DNA from: Heptranchias perlo
Lineage: Eukaryota
Length of the DNA: 64,000 nt
Reading direction: 5' to 3'
Assembly: GCF_035084215.1 (NCBI RefSeq)
Contig: NC_090363.1
Location: forward strand, 9,362,001-9,426,000
The translations under genes and the position numbers were made by a program. The notes beneath the pieces are model-generated. The model had not been told where the DNA came from. It saw only the letters and a list, made by a program, of their open reading frames with translations, and made no database searches. Below, one piece after another: positions 12,833-24,604 of the stretch. Numbering within the stretch: the first letter of the stretch is position 1; each line of letters opens with the position of its first letter.

Positions 12833-13161
12833 AACAACAACTTGCATTTATATACCATCTTGAACGTAGTAAAATGTCACAAGGCACTTCACAGGTGTGT
12901 TATCAGGCAAAATTTGACACCGAGCCACACGGTGAGATATTAGAACAGGTGACCAAAAGCTTGGTCGAAGAGGTAGGTCTTAAGGAGAGTCTTAAAGGAG
13001 GAGAGAGAGGTGGAGAGGCGGAGAGGTTTCGGGAGGGAAATCCAGAGTGTAGAGCCTGGGCAGCTGAAGGCACGGCTGCCAATGGTGGAGCGATTAAAAT
13101 CTGGGGTGCACGAGGCAAGAATTGGAGGAGCGCAGAGATCCGGCAGGGTTGTAGGAGGTTA
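12833..13161 (-). mobile_element. L2 LINE 3' end fragment
   Basis: ACAACAACTTGCATTTATATA tail and L2 3' region, also seen at 17760-18030 and 36520. Confidence 0.7.
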
Positions 13162-13682
13162 CTATAATATTGTATAAATATTGCAATAGGTATTCCTTTG
13201 TAGAATCTTTTACATGAATAATTTGCGCTCATTAGTATACGAGCTGTATTATTGTGGAATCGACATATTAAAAAGAAAGTCTATCCTTAGTGGGGCTTAA
13301 GGTCTGTAGAGTTTCATTGAAGGTCTCAAACTAAAGTAGAAATAAGTGTAAAAGCTAATATTCCAACAAGTCAATTGTAGCCAACAAGCTCATCCATAGT
13401 TACCTTGTGATCTCTTTCTTTTGAATGAAGACGAGAAGGAGCAATGGAAGGAGGATAAGCAGCATTCACAGATACATATAACCCAACTGGCAGGGCAGCT
13501 GGAGGAGTGAAGAGGAGGCACTCTGCAGTTTATGTTGCCTGCAATTCCCAACCAACGAATGTCGCCTCTATTCCAAATGACACTGTGCATTATCTGTAGC
13601 TGTGGAGTAGAAGGCAATGCTGCTGTCTGTTGGCCCCATACCTGTCGGCCATCTTTCCCGCAACTCCACTTTTGAACCTCTC

Positions 13683-14245
13683 CGAACACGTTTCGGCCCT
13701 AATCAAAGTCAATAGTGACATTCTCTGTGACAGAGCACCATGGTCACATTCACTCCTCATCTCTCTGTTTGTAGCTTTTAACACAGTTGGCCACACCATC
13801 TTCCTCCAACGCCTCTCCTCTACTGTCCAGCTGTGTGGGACTGCCCTCGCCTGGTTCCATTTTTATCTATAGCCAGAGAATCTCCTGCAATGGCTTCTCT
13901 TCCCGCTCCCGCACCGTTACCTCTGGAGTCCCCCATGGATCTCTCCTCGATCCCATCCTATTTCTCATCTACATGCTGCCCCTTGGCGACATCATTCAAA
14001 GACGTGACGTCAAGTTCCACATGTAGATTGACGACACCCATCTCTACCTCACCACCTCTTGCCTCTTGTGCCGTCAGACTGCTTGTCCAGCATCCAGTCT
14101 TTGATGAGCTGCAAAGTCCTCCAATTAAACACTGGGAAGATCGAAGCCATTGTCTTCGGTCCCCACCACAAACTCCGTTCCCTCGCTGCTGATTCCATCC
14201 CCCTCCCTGGCCACTGTCTGAGGCTGAAACCTCACTGTCCTATTT
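13683..14245 (+). mobile_element. L2 LINE RT fragment (decayed)
   Basis: Broken frames ALIKVNSDIL..AFNTVGHTIFLQRL, VTSGVPHGSLLDPILFLIYMLPLGDII, LQLNTGKIEAIVFG are L2-type RT motifs. Confidence 0.8.
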
Positions 14246-14257
14246 GACCCTGCCTTG

Positions 14258-14361
14258 TCTGAACATTTACCTGATGAAGGAGGAAGCCTCCGAAAGCTTG
14301 TAGATTTCAAATAAAAATTGTTGGACTATAACTTGGTGTTGTAAAATTGTTTACAATTGTC
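14258..14361 (+). mobile_element. Penelope-like element terminal fragment
   Basis: Matches the terminal repeat of the Penelope element at 32948-35579. Confidence 0.85.
14266..14304 (+). ncRNA. Minimal type I hammerhead ribozyme motif (Penelope-associated)
   Basis: TTTAC-CTGATGA-A-GGAGG aag CCTCC-GAAA-GCTT-GTAGA: CUGANGA and GAAA core, stem I, stem II and palindromic stem III. Confidence 0.7.
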
Positions 14362-14514
14362 TGAACTCGGTAGTGTTAGTGCTATGCTGTGTTAAAGCTG
14401 TAAGGGAGTAGGTGCTCTGCAGCCTGCCTGGAAATGACTGGGTCAAATGACACATTCCAGGCTCGGAGTGGATGTCACTATACTTCTTCATTGGTTGTAA
14501 CCAAATGCAGCCAA

Positions 14515-14850
14515 TGTTAAAAGGATTTGACAGGGTAGATTCAGAGAAACTATTTCCTCTGGTGGGGGAATCAAGAACGAGGAGGCATAATCTTAAAATT
14601 AGAGCTAGGCCATTCAGGAGGGAAATCAGAAAGTACTCCTTCACACAAAGGGCAGTAGGAATCTGAAATTCTCTCCCCCCAACAGGTTGTGGACGCTGTG
14701 GAGTTTTCAAGACTGAGGTCCTTAGATTTTTGTTAGGGTGAGGGTATCAAGGGATATGGAGCTAAGGCGGGTGAATGGAGCCGAGTTACAGATCAGCAAT
14801 GATCTAATTGAATGGCGGAACAGGCCCGAGGGGCTGAATGGCCTCCTCCT
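14515..14850 (+). mobile_element. CR1 LINE 3' fragment
   Basis: KGFDRVDSEKLFPLVGESRTRRHNLKIRARPFRREIRK followed by the CR1 3' UTR. Confidence 0.8.
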
Positions 14851-14864
14851 GGTCCCAATGTTCC

Positions 14865-15140
14865 CCTGTAAAAGCAAAATCCTGTGGATGCTGGAAACCA
14901 GAAAAATGCTCAGCAGGTCAGGGCAGCATCTGTGGCGAGAGAGAGAGATAAACAGAGTTAACGTTTCAGGCCGAGGATCTGACAGTTCTAACTGGGTGAT
15001 GGGGCGCGGGGAGGGGCTGGTTGGTCGGAGCAGAGGGAATCTGACCACCCAGTCATCGCCCTCAAACGTTAACTCTGTTTATCTCTACGCACAGATGCTG
15101 CCCTGACCTGCTGAGTGCATTCTGGCATTTATCTGTTTCA
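14865..15140. mobile_element. Short fold-back element, probably the ends of a second Penelope family
   Basis: Inverted repeat CTCAGCAGGTCAGGGCAGCATCTGTG...AACAGAGTTAACGTTT (~14909-14966) versus AAACGTTAACTCTGTT...CACAGATGCTGCCCTGACCTGCTGAG (~15064-15115). Confidence 0.6.
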
Positions 15141-15719
15141 ATTTGTGACACGGTGCTATGGAGTCTGCAGTGTAAGGTGCTGATCTGAGGCTGGTTGATG
15201 TAACATTGCTAGCCGCTCGCTAAGTGAATGCAAGAGGCCACCGCTAACAGGCAAAAATGAATTTGGTCCCTGAAATAGTGCACTTCAGGAAGTTTCCGTT
15301 CTCTCATCTCACTGGAGACGGTACAGATTCTACCAATGCACTGAAAGCATGACAAGCTGAGGGGAATGTTGTTCCGTTTTGTTTCTCTGACACTTCCGAT
15401 AGTCCCGGCGGAATATTCCGGAAGCTCTGACAATCTGTTGGCAAAACACAACATTCAGCGAGTCAGGAAAAAAAAAGAGTATTAACCAGATGTTTCAGAG
15501 TTGCCTAGTCTTCAAACTTGTATTAGAGGTAAGGGATGTATGATAACATCCTATATAAACCCAACAATGGAAGGCCCTGGCTCCTGGATTTAAACCCGGA
15601 CTAACTCACGAACACTACCCAATTCCACAGTCGATTAACAACATACTATTTCGCAGGTGTAAACATGCCGAAATGAGGCCGAGTTCAGTCGATCCAGCAC
15701 TGAAAGGGTTAACTGTTAC

Positions 15720-15790
15720 TTGCCATTCTTCATTCATCTCATTAATCTGCTGGTTTCTCCGTCCCTCAAGATTTGAGGCTGGTTTTCTTC
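15720..15790 (-). CDS. Gene A probable first cytoplasmic exon (GRKPASNLEGRRNQQINEMNEEWQ)
   Basis: Strong acceptor TTTTATTTGTCTTCAG; in phase 1 it places basic RK right after the TM. The donor CAA|GTAACA is uncertain, and the frame stays open to a stop at 15615. Confidence 0.5.
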
Positions 15791-15931
15791 CTGAAGACAA
15801 ATAAAAGGATGAATTATCGGCTTCACCTCTGCTTCTGCTTTTTTTCTTAAAATTACCTTCTTTGCACTAATTTCAATAGGTAGTCTCCTATTTCTCATTG
15901 ATATACACCACGTGAAAGAAAGAAGGACCTT

Positions 15932-16738
15932 TTTTTTATTCGTTCATGGGATGTGGGCGTCGCTGTCAAGGCCAGCATTTATTGCCCATTCATAATTGCC
16001 CTTGAGAAGGTGGTGGTGAGCCGCCTTCTTGAACCGCTGCAGCCCGTGTGGTGAAGGTTCTCCCACAGTGCTGTTAGGAAGGGAGTTCCAGGATCTTGAC
16101 CCAGCGACGATGAAGGAACGGCAATATATTTCCAAGTTGGGATGGTGTGTGACTTGGAGTGGAATGTGCAGGTGGTGTTGATCCCATGTGCCTGCTGCCT
16201 TTGTCCTTCTAGGTGGTAGAGGTCACAGGTTTGTGAGATGCTGCCAAAGAAGCCTTGGCGAGTTGCTGCAGTACATCCTGTGGATGGTACACACTGCAGC
16301 CACGGTGCGTCAGTGGTGAAGGGAGTGAATGTTTAGGGTGGTGGATGGGGTGCCAAACAAGCGGGCTGCTTTGTCCTGGATGGTGTCGAGCTTCTTGAGT
16401 GTTGTTGGAGCTGCACTCATCCAGGCAAGTGGAGAGTATTCTATCACACTCCTGACATGTGCCTTGTCCCTGGTGGAAAGGCTTTGGGGAGTCAGAAGGT
16501 GAGTCACTCACCGCAGAATACCCAGCCTCTGACCTGCTCATGTAACCACAGTATTTATGTGGCTGGTCCAGTTAAGCTTCTGGTCAACCCCCAGGATGGT
16601 GATGGTGGGGAATTCAGCGATGGTAATGCTGTTGAATGTCAAGGGGAGGTGGTTAGACACTCTCGTTGGAGATGGTCATTGCCTGGCATTTGTTACTTGC
16701 TACTTGTTACATGTTACTTGCCACTTATCAACCCAACC
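15932..16738 (-). mobile_element. Non-LTR retrotransposon (CR1/L2-group family B) 3' fragment
   Basis: A-rich tail and C-terminus ...GLQRFKKAAHHHLLKGN shared with copies at 21498, 28322 and 36629. Confidence 0.85.
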
Positions 16739-16744
16739 TTGGGT

Positions 16745-17178
16745 TTATATAACTCCTTTCATGACCTCAGGATGTCCCAAAGCGCTTCACAACCAATGAA
16801 ATACTTTTGAAGTGTAGTCACTGTTGTAATGTAGGAAACGCAGCAGCCAATTTGCACACAGCAAGGTCCCACAAACAGCAATGAGATAAATGTCCAGATC
16901 ATCTGTTTAAGTGATGTTGGATAACTGTTAGCCAGGACACCAGGGAGAACTCCCCTGCTCTTCTTCAAAATAGTGCTGTGGCATCTTTTACGTCCTCCTG
17001 AAAGGCCAGACAGGTTTAAGGCTCATCCGAAAGACAGCACCTCCAACAGTGCAGCGCTCCCTCAGTACCACTCTGTCAGCCTAGATTATGTGCTCAAGTC
17101 TCTGGAGAGAGTTGGGACTTGAACCCATGGTCTTCTGATTCAGAGGTGAGAGTGCTTACCACCGAGCCATGGCTGACA
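16745..17178 (-). mobile_element. Deu-domain SINE
   Basis: Same family as 1035-1410, including the tRNA-like head. Confidence 0.8.
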
Positions 17179-17577
17179 ATGTGGTTTGCTCCTGAGCCGT
17201 ACAGATTAGCGAAGTCTCAGGTTGACTCCCTGGGGTGTATAAATAGGCTGCTCAATTGTGGGGCCATAAAAATATTAGTCTCCGTGGCTTAGGGAGGGTA
17301 ACTATTCAACCAGGGTGCGTACTGCTGATTGCAGACAAGTGACTGCTGACGGCCAGTACAATATGGACATGGAGTGAGGGCAGGACCAGGTCTAGGTGTG
17401 AGGCAACCCGCAGTCAAACAGCCCATCGGCACACACTGTCTAGGCTCACACATGGATAGCCTCACTTCGGTGAGCTCTGCGGGCAGCTACTCAGTGTGGA
17501 ACCAGACCGCAGCGAGAGTCAGCGACTTCTGCAGAGCAGGGAGAAACTTGGGGCAAATCATGATTAACAAGGGGGCG

Positions 17578-17760
17578 CAACTCCTCCCAGCCAGTGCCCA
17601 TCCTCCACTGACTCCTCCCAGTCGGTGTCCACCCCTAATAACTCCTCCCAGTCAGTGTCCACCCCTAATAACTCCTCCCAGTCAATGCCAACCTTCCAAT
17701 AATTCCTCCCAGCTAGTGCTAACCTTCCAATAACTCCTCCCAGCCAGTGCCCACCCTACA
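17578..17760. repeat. 30-bp tandem repeat (~6 copies, AACTCCTCCCAGYCAGTGYCCACCCCTAAT)
   Basis: Directly visible periodicity. Confidence 0.9.
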
Positions 17761-18030
17761 ATCTTCCGAGATCTGTGCGTTACTCCAATCCTGGTCTCTT
17801 GTACATCCCCGATTTTCATCGCCCCACCATTGGCGGCCGTGCCTTCAGGTGCCTAGGCCCTAAACTCTGGATTTCCCTCCGTAAACCTCTCTGCCTCTCT
17901 CTCCTCCTTTAAGACGCTCCTTAAAACCTACCTCTCACCTGTCCTAATATTGTTTGATAAAGGTTCCTGTAAAGCACCTTGGGAAATTTGTATTATGTTA
18001 AAGGCGCTATATAAATGCAAGTTGCTGTTG
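17760..18030 (+). mobile_element. L2 LINE 3' end
   Basis: Ends in AAGGCGCTATATAAATGCAAGTTGCTGTTG; homologous to 12833-13161. Confidence 0.7.
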
Positions 18031-18650
18031 ACCAGGTAGCCATTTTGGACTGCGGACCTCAAGCTGTTGGGCTGTCCCAGAATGGAGATAATTTCTCAGC
18101 ACGTTCCCTGCATTGTTTGTCTTCCTCTTTTGTCCCTGCTGACTGACGGTGCTGACTCGTGCTGCGGCTCAGTTCCATCACAGCTGTGACCACCTTGTGA
18201 CTTAGCCAAGTGACTGCTCTTCCGTACTGGGCCCAGACAGCAACAGGGACATTCGGGGAGTCTTCACACATTCAGGTGCCGGCCGGTGACTCCTTGAATA
18301 GCGAGGAGGAATGGGAACTCAAGGGCCGATTGCACGGCCCTTCTGTTGCTGTTCCGAGGTCAGAGGTTAAACCCCAGGTCTCCCTGGTCTGGCTCAGTGG
18401 CACGCAGTGCAGTGCACTGACTTACTGAACCATTTCAACCGTCCCGGCAAGGAAACTCAATTATTATTAATTTTGATTATTATCTCCAAGTTTAGAAAAA
18501 CCTGCAGGATTATTACTCCTGCCCTTCTCTCCCATTCAAACATTTAAAGGAGACGGGTGTAACTGATCAAAACATTGAGGAGAGGGACTTCAGAGCAGGA
18601 ATATTATTCCATATTTTTATACCTAGTGTCAGTATTGAGCTCTGGCTGGT

Positions 18651-18895
18651 CAGGTACAGCATGGGTTAGATACAGAGTAAAGCTCCCTCCAGACTGTCCT
18701 ATCAAACACTCCCAGGTCTGGTGCAGCACGGGTTAGATACAGAGTAAAGCTCCCTCTACACTGTCCCATCAAACACTCCCGGGGCAGGTACAGCACGGGT
18801 TAGATACAGAGTAAAGCTCCCTCTACACTGTCCCATCAAACACTCCGAAGGGAAGGTACAGCACGGGTTAGATACAGAGTAAAGCTCTAGACTGT
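18651..18895. repeat. 67-bp tandem repeat (~3.6 copies)
   Basis: Unit GGTACAGCACGGGTTAGATACAGAGTAAAGCTCCCTCTACACTGTCCCATCAAACACTCCC starts at 18653, 18720, 18787 and 18855. Confidence 0.92.
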
Positions 18896-19342
18896 TCCAA
18901 AATCATGCAGGAGCTCCTACTCAAGGGTAGCACCATGCTTCTGCTATCTTCCTACCAACCTGTATAAGGTATGTCACCTTCTGCTGTGCGTGAGACCCTT
19001 ACAGATAGCAGACAGAGGAGACTCATCCCATCAGCCTGAGATGGATTGGCCGTCAGAACATAGAGGTCAAAAGCAAGTGCCTCTAAAAACAGACCTTTTC
19101 AACCCATTGCTTCCATTTTGGTGGAAGAGAGAAGCGGGAGACAGAGGGTGGGTGTAAGATTTGATAAGCTCACCTATTTGCATATCACTGAAAGTTACAG
19201 CACAGAAACAGGCCTGCAGCCCATCGATATCATCCATCTCGGGCTGCATTAATAGAGGGCAAAGTTTCCTCAACTCTGACATGCTCAGACTTTGTTTACA
19301 GGATCCTTAGTGGGCAGTTTAACAGGATCACCGAATACTCAC

Positions 19343-19438
19343 CACCCGTGAGGAAAGAGCCTGACAGGATCACCAACGTGCCCACAAACAAAACAGCTGC
19401 AATTAACCCGTGTCGAGCTCTGGGCTTGGATTCAAGGC
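19343..19438 (-). CDS. Gene A transmembrane exon (CLESKPRARHGLIAAVLFVGTLVILSGSFLTG)
   Basis: Acceptor CATTTTTTAG, donor GTG|GTGAGT, 96 bp, phase 1-1, 21-residue hydrophobic stretch. Missed by the ORF track. Confidence 0.85.
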
Positions 19439-19617
19439 CTAAAAAATGAAATGATTTGTCTTCAGTTAGCCCCTGTTAGAAGGGAACACTTTTTATTATT
19501 TTAAATATAATTGAATATGGCACAGTGAGTTGGTGGGGGTAAAAGATCTCACGGCACTATTTCGAAGATGACCAGGGGTATTCTCCTGTATCCTACACCA
19601 GGATCTCCAACCATTAG

Positions 19618-19835
19618 GTATCAGCCATGGCTCAGTTGGTAGCGCACTCACCTCTAAGGTTGTGGCTCAAGCCCCACTTAAGCACAAAATCTAGGCTGAT
19701 GTTCCAGCACTGTACTGAGGGAGTGCCTCACTGTCGGGGGTGCTGTCTTTCGGATGAAACATTAAACTGAGGACTGATCTGTCCTCTCAGTTGGACACAA
19801 GTTATCCTGAGGCACTACTTTGAACAAGAGCTGGG
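19618..19835 (+). mobile_element. Deu-domain SINE 5' part
   Basis: tRNA-like A box TGGCTCAGTTGG and B-box-like sequence, followed by the Deu core. Confidence 0.7.
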
Positions 19836-20208
19836 ATGTGGTCCAGCTCCAAAAGCAAACCACCCGTCCTTGGAGCTTAAAATTTCCCCCTCCCCCATTC
19901 ACTTTCCACTAATTCCAACCGGGTGAGGACGTGAGCTTAGGGCAAGGTTGGGCTTGGTGTCATCAGGGTCGAACAGCCAGTTGCCTTCTCTGAAACACTA
20001 CGCCAGAATCAACCAGCTAAGCGGGGTCAGAAAAAATAAATTGCCAGGAAATCAAAATCGATATTCGACTAATAAAATTGTGGGGCAGTCACAATGACAC
20101 TACAGTAACTGCTTGGGTTTAGAAACACATTGAGGAGCAAAACAGGACACTTCACTATAAAGGACAACATCTCATTCCACACTAAACATAAAAACCTGAC
20201 AGACTAAC

Positions 20209-20478
20209 ATTTGATGGACAGCTGGTAGGAGGAGACGTTTCGACTGACTGGGTTTGCCACAGAGCAGGTGTAATAGCCAATGTCCGATTCCTTTGCGTTC
20301 CAAATGGTTAAAGTTCTGTTGCCGTCCGACAGCCAGTAATGCTGGTTGGCTGGGAGCTCGGCCCCTCTTCTGGTCCACAGAACGGAACTGGCTCTCCCTC
20401 TCTGCTCCATGCAGCTCAGCACAACAGTGCTGCTCTTGCTGCTGCAGTTACTGGAGATGGAGGGTGTGGAGAGAGGAT
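20209..20478 (-). CDS. Gene A Ig C2-set exon (CD2/SLAM family)
   Basis: DPLSTPSISSNC...VVLSC...W...LTI...DIGYYTCSVANPVS; acceptor TCTTTCTCCAG, donor T|GTTAGT, 270 bp, phase 1-1. Confidence 0.92.
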
Positions 20479-20521
20479 CTGGAGAAAGACACAAACAGAG
20501 GGTTTGTCACTTAAGGAATGA

Positions 20522-20828
20522 ACTTACATTTGCACAGTGCCCTTCACGACCTCAGGATGTCCCAAAGCGCTTTGCAGCCAATGGAGTGTAGTCACTGTTG
20601 TAATGTAGGCAACACGGCAACCAATTTGCGCACAGCAAGCTCCCACAAACAGCAATGAGATAATGACCAGTAAATCTGATTTAGGTATTGGTTGAGGGAT
20701 AAATATTGGCCCAGGATGCCAGGAAGAAACCCCCCCTTCCCCGCTCTTCTTTGGATTAGTGCCGTGGGATTTTTTACATCCACCTGAGAGGGTAGACGGG
20801 GCCTCGGTTTAACGTCTCATCCGAAAGA
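20522..20828 (-). mobile_element. Deu-domain SINE
   Basis: Homologous to 1035-1410. Confidence 0.8.
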
Positions 20829-21076
20829 GAACGTCTGCAGGTCAGAGAGATTCAGCGTTAACTCTCTGACTCATCCTTTGTCTTTCTCCCCCTAGTTTGC
20901 TTAACTCCACTGTTTAAGACCCCTCCTGCTCTGATAGCGGGTATATTTTGGCTCAATCTACAAGGTTCAAGCTACGAGTGTAAAGCTCCCTGCGCAGAGC
21001 ACATCGCTCTTCCCCTGACCATGCTTGTTCTGTTTTCATACCTGTGCTCTTTTCAATGGGTGGGGCTCTTCTCACA

Positions 21077-21402
21077 TCCACAGGATGCACTGCAGCAACT
21101 CACCAAAGCTTCTTCGACAAACCCGCAACCGTCACCACCTAGAAGGACAAGAGCAGCAGACGCATGGGGACACCATCATATTCAAGTTCCCCTCCGAGTC
21201 ACACACCATCCCGACTTGGACATATAGCGCCCGTTCCATCATTGTCGCTGGGTCAAAATCCTGGAACTCCCTACCTAACAGCATTGTGGGAGTGCCTTCA
21301 CCACACAGACTGCAGCGGTTCAAGAAGGCGGCTCACCACCACCTTCTCAAGGGCAACTAGGGATGGGCAATAAATGTCAGCCTTGCTCGCGATGCCCATG
21401 TC
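21077..21402 (+). mobile_element. LINE family B 3' fragment
   Basis: HRMHCSNSPKLL...KKAAHHHLLKGN. Confidence 0.85.
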
Positions 21403-21497
21403 CTCAGTGCTACCCACTGAGCCAAGTCTGAAACCTAAGTGCAATTAGCAGCTCACCACCACCTTCTCAAGGGCAATTAGGGATGGGCAATAAATGC

Positions 21498-24045
21498 GAG
21501 GCCAGCATTTAATGCACATCCCTAATTGCCCTTGAGAAGGTGGTGGTGAGCCGCCTTCTTGAACCGCTGCAGTCCGTGTGTTGAAAGTTCTCCCACAGTG
21601 CTGTTGGGAAGGGAGTTCCAGGATTTTGACCCAGCGATAATGAAGGAACGGCAATATATTTCCAAGTCAGGATGGTGTGTGACTTGGAGGGGATCGTGCA
21701 GGTGGTGTTGTTCCCATGTGCCTGCTGCCCTTGTCCTTCTAGGTGGTAGAGGTCGCGGGTTTGGGAGGTGCTGTCGAAGAAGCCTTGGCGAGTTGCTGCA
21801 GTGCATCTTGTGGATGGTACACACTGCAGCCACAGTGCGCCGGTGGTGAAGGGAGTGAATGTTTAGGGTGGTGGATGGGGTGCCAATCAAGCGGGCTGCT
21901 TTGTCCTGGATGGTGTCGAGCTTCTTAAGTGTTGTTGGAGCTGCACTCATCCAGGCAAGAGGAGAGTATTTCATCACACTCCTGACTTGTGCCTTGTAGA
22001 TGGTGGAAAGGCTTTGGGGAGTCAGGAGGTGAGTCACTCGCCGCAGAATACCCAGCCTCTGACCTGCTCTTGTAGCCACAGTATTTATATGGCTGATCCA
22101 GTTAAGTTTCTGGTCAATGGTGACCCCCAGGATATTGATGGTGGGGGATTCGGCGATGGTAATGCCGTTGAATGTCAAGGGGAGGTGGTTAGACTCTCTC
22201 TTGTTGGAGATGGTCATTGCCTGGCACTTGTCTGGCGCGAATGTTACTTGCCGCTTATCAGCCCAAGCCTGGATACTGTCCAGGTCTTGTGTAAGAATTC
22301 TGGGAATTCCACCTTTTCCCTGAGTAGGTAAAACTTTGGCCATTGACCAAAAATCCTAAGATGGAAGGATAGGTGAGAGGTCACCAGACGAATCAACAAC
22401 ACACACAGTTGAATGTGGGAGAATTACTGCTTCAGACATGTCTCTGTTTTAATGCAAAACCTACAGCAGGTGGTCAACGATCAGCACTAATTCGAGAGGC
22501 AGTAGGCCATTGAGAGAGGCAACTGCTCCAGACTAGGTTCTGATGCAAAACCAATCGATACCTAAGACGTAGGATGAAAAGGGAGCCTTGTGTGGCAAGT
22601 ACTCGACGATCGGAATGAATTTGTAGAACAATGGCCCATCGAGAGAAGCAGTTGCAACATGATGAGAGACCATCAAAAGCCATCAAGGACGCTTAAGGAA
22701 TTTGTAAGAACTGTTTAAACAGACATGAAGTGCCTCATTTAACGACGAAAACTATTGTAAGAGAGGGGTATGTAAGTGGAAGCTCGAAACCCCTCTCCCT
22801 CTTGTTTGCTCTCTTGCTTCTTAGCTCTTATCTCTTTTCCAGCTCTCTCTCTCTCTATCTCTCTCTTCCTCTTAGTTCCTGCTCGCTCTTTTTTTTCACC
22901 TGAGCTCTCCAGGGAGGAGAGCAGCTTCCAGCGAAACCAACAAACCCTCCGGGAGAGAATCGGTCAGCCAGGCCTGCAAGTGCAACGTATTGGTGAGCCT
23001 CGACCATACGGGTGTGTGTGTGTGTGTGTGTGTGTGATAGGTGTCTCCAGGGTCCCCACCAACCTCTTAATTTAGCGGGATAAAGTACTGTAGTGGGTGT
23101 GTGTAACTCAATGTTCTGTGTAGGACCGTTTTTATCGTTATTTTCTTCATGTTGACAGTATAATAAAACCTACATTCCAATTCAATTCAAACACCGAATT
23201 TGTGTGTTCTCTGTGCTATTCGGCTACGTGATCCATCACCGGGTGCATTAGCATAAGTCCCGTTTTCCTGAACCCCCGATCCGTGAGGTATAAGTGTTCC
23301 TTGGCTAGACCGGGGACCAGATATCTGCACGATCAATAGGGTGAGAACAATCCCAAAACACCCTACACTTGCTGCATGCGGGCACGGACTGATTCATTAT
23401 CTGAGGGATTGCGAATGGAACTGAACACTGTAAAATCATCAGTGAACATCCCCATTTCTGACCTTATGATGGAGGGAAGGTCATTGATGAAGCAACTGAA
23501 GATGGTTGGGCCTAGGACACTGCCCTGAGGAACTCCTGCAGCAATGTCCTGGGGCTGAAATGATTGGCCTCCAACAACCACTACCATCTTCCTTTGTGCT
23601 AAGTATGATTCCAGCCACTGGAGAGTTTTCCCCCTGATTCCCATTGACTTCAATTTTACGAGGGCTCCTTGGTGCCACACTCGGTCAAATGCTGCCTTGA
23701 TGTCAAGGGCAGTCACTCTCACCTCACCTCTGCAATTCAGCTCTTTTGTCCATGTTTGGACCAAGGCTGTAATGAGGTCTGGAGCCGCGTGGTCCTGGTG
23801 GAACCCAAACTGAACACCAGTGAGCAGGTTATTGGTGAGTCAGTGCTGCTTGATAGCACAGTCGACGACACCTTCCATCACTTTGCTGATGATTGAGAGT
23901 AGACTGATGGGGCGGTAATTGACCGGATTGGATTTGTCCTGCTTTTTGTGGACAGAACATACCTGGGCAATTTTCCACATTGTCGGGTAGATGCCAGTGT
24001 TGTAGCTGGACTGGAACAGTTTGGCTAGAGGTGCTGCTAGTTCTG
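21498..24045 (-). mobile_element. LINE family B RT fragment, split by a solo LTR
   Basis: 21498-22289 and 23368-24045 join seamlessly (CCAGGTCTTG|CTGCATG); RT motifs ALDIKAAFDRVWH, GVPQGSVLGP, FTDD. Confidence 0.88.
22290..23367. mobile_element. Solo LTR (1078 bp)
   Basis: TGTA...TACA termini, exact 4-bp TSD CTTG (22286-22289 and 23368-23371), internal AATAAA at ~23162, CT-rich and (GT)n tracts. Confidence 0.85.
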
Positions 24046-24194
24046 TGTATTCACTGTGCCATATTCATTTAAATTAAAAATAATGAAAGGCATGCCCTGC
24101 TAACAGGGGTTAATCGAAGACAAATTATTTGATTTTTTGTTAGGTCATCAACGCAATCCCAGGGCTCAACGGCACCTCCGACAGAGCAGCACTC

Positions 24195-24604
24195 CCCCAG
24201 CCTCTGAGTCAGAAAGTGGTGGGTTGAAGTCCTGCTCCAGAGACCTGAGCACAAAATCCAGGTTGCACTGTCGGAGGTTCTGTCTTTCTGATGAGACGTT
24301 AAACCGAGGCCCCGTCTGCCCTCTCAGGTGGACGTAAAAGATCCCCTGGCACTATTTCAAAGAAGAGCAGGGGAGTTCTCCCCGGTGTCCTGGCCAATAT
24401 TTATCCCTCAACCAACATAACTAAAAACAGATTATCTGGTCATTATCACATTGCTGTTTGTGGGACCTTGCTGTGCACAAATTGGCTGCCACGTTTCCTA
24501 CATTACTTCAGTGACTGCACTTCAAAATGTATTAATTGGCTGTAAAGCCCTTTGGGATGCTAAGATCTTGAAAGGCGCTATATAAATGCAAATTCTTTCT
24601 TTCT
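24195..24604 (+). mobile_element. Deu-domain SINE
   Basis: Full core plus AGGCGCTATATAAATGCAA-(TTTC)n tail. Confidence 0.85.

Noticed and set aside
18059-18271. Minus-strand ORF as a possible gene A cytoplasmic exon
   Set aside because: No convincing phase-1 acceptor and no recognisable motif.
18978-19083. Possible phase-1 exon EALAFDLYVLTANPSQ... after the TM exon
   Set aside because: Weak donor (GTGACA), and it would put acidic/hydrophobic rather than basic residues after the TM; cannot be excluded without RNA data.
19618-19690. tRNA-like sequence
   Set aside because: It is the head of a SINE and has no complete cloverleaf.
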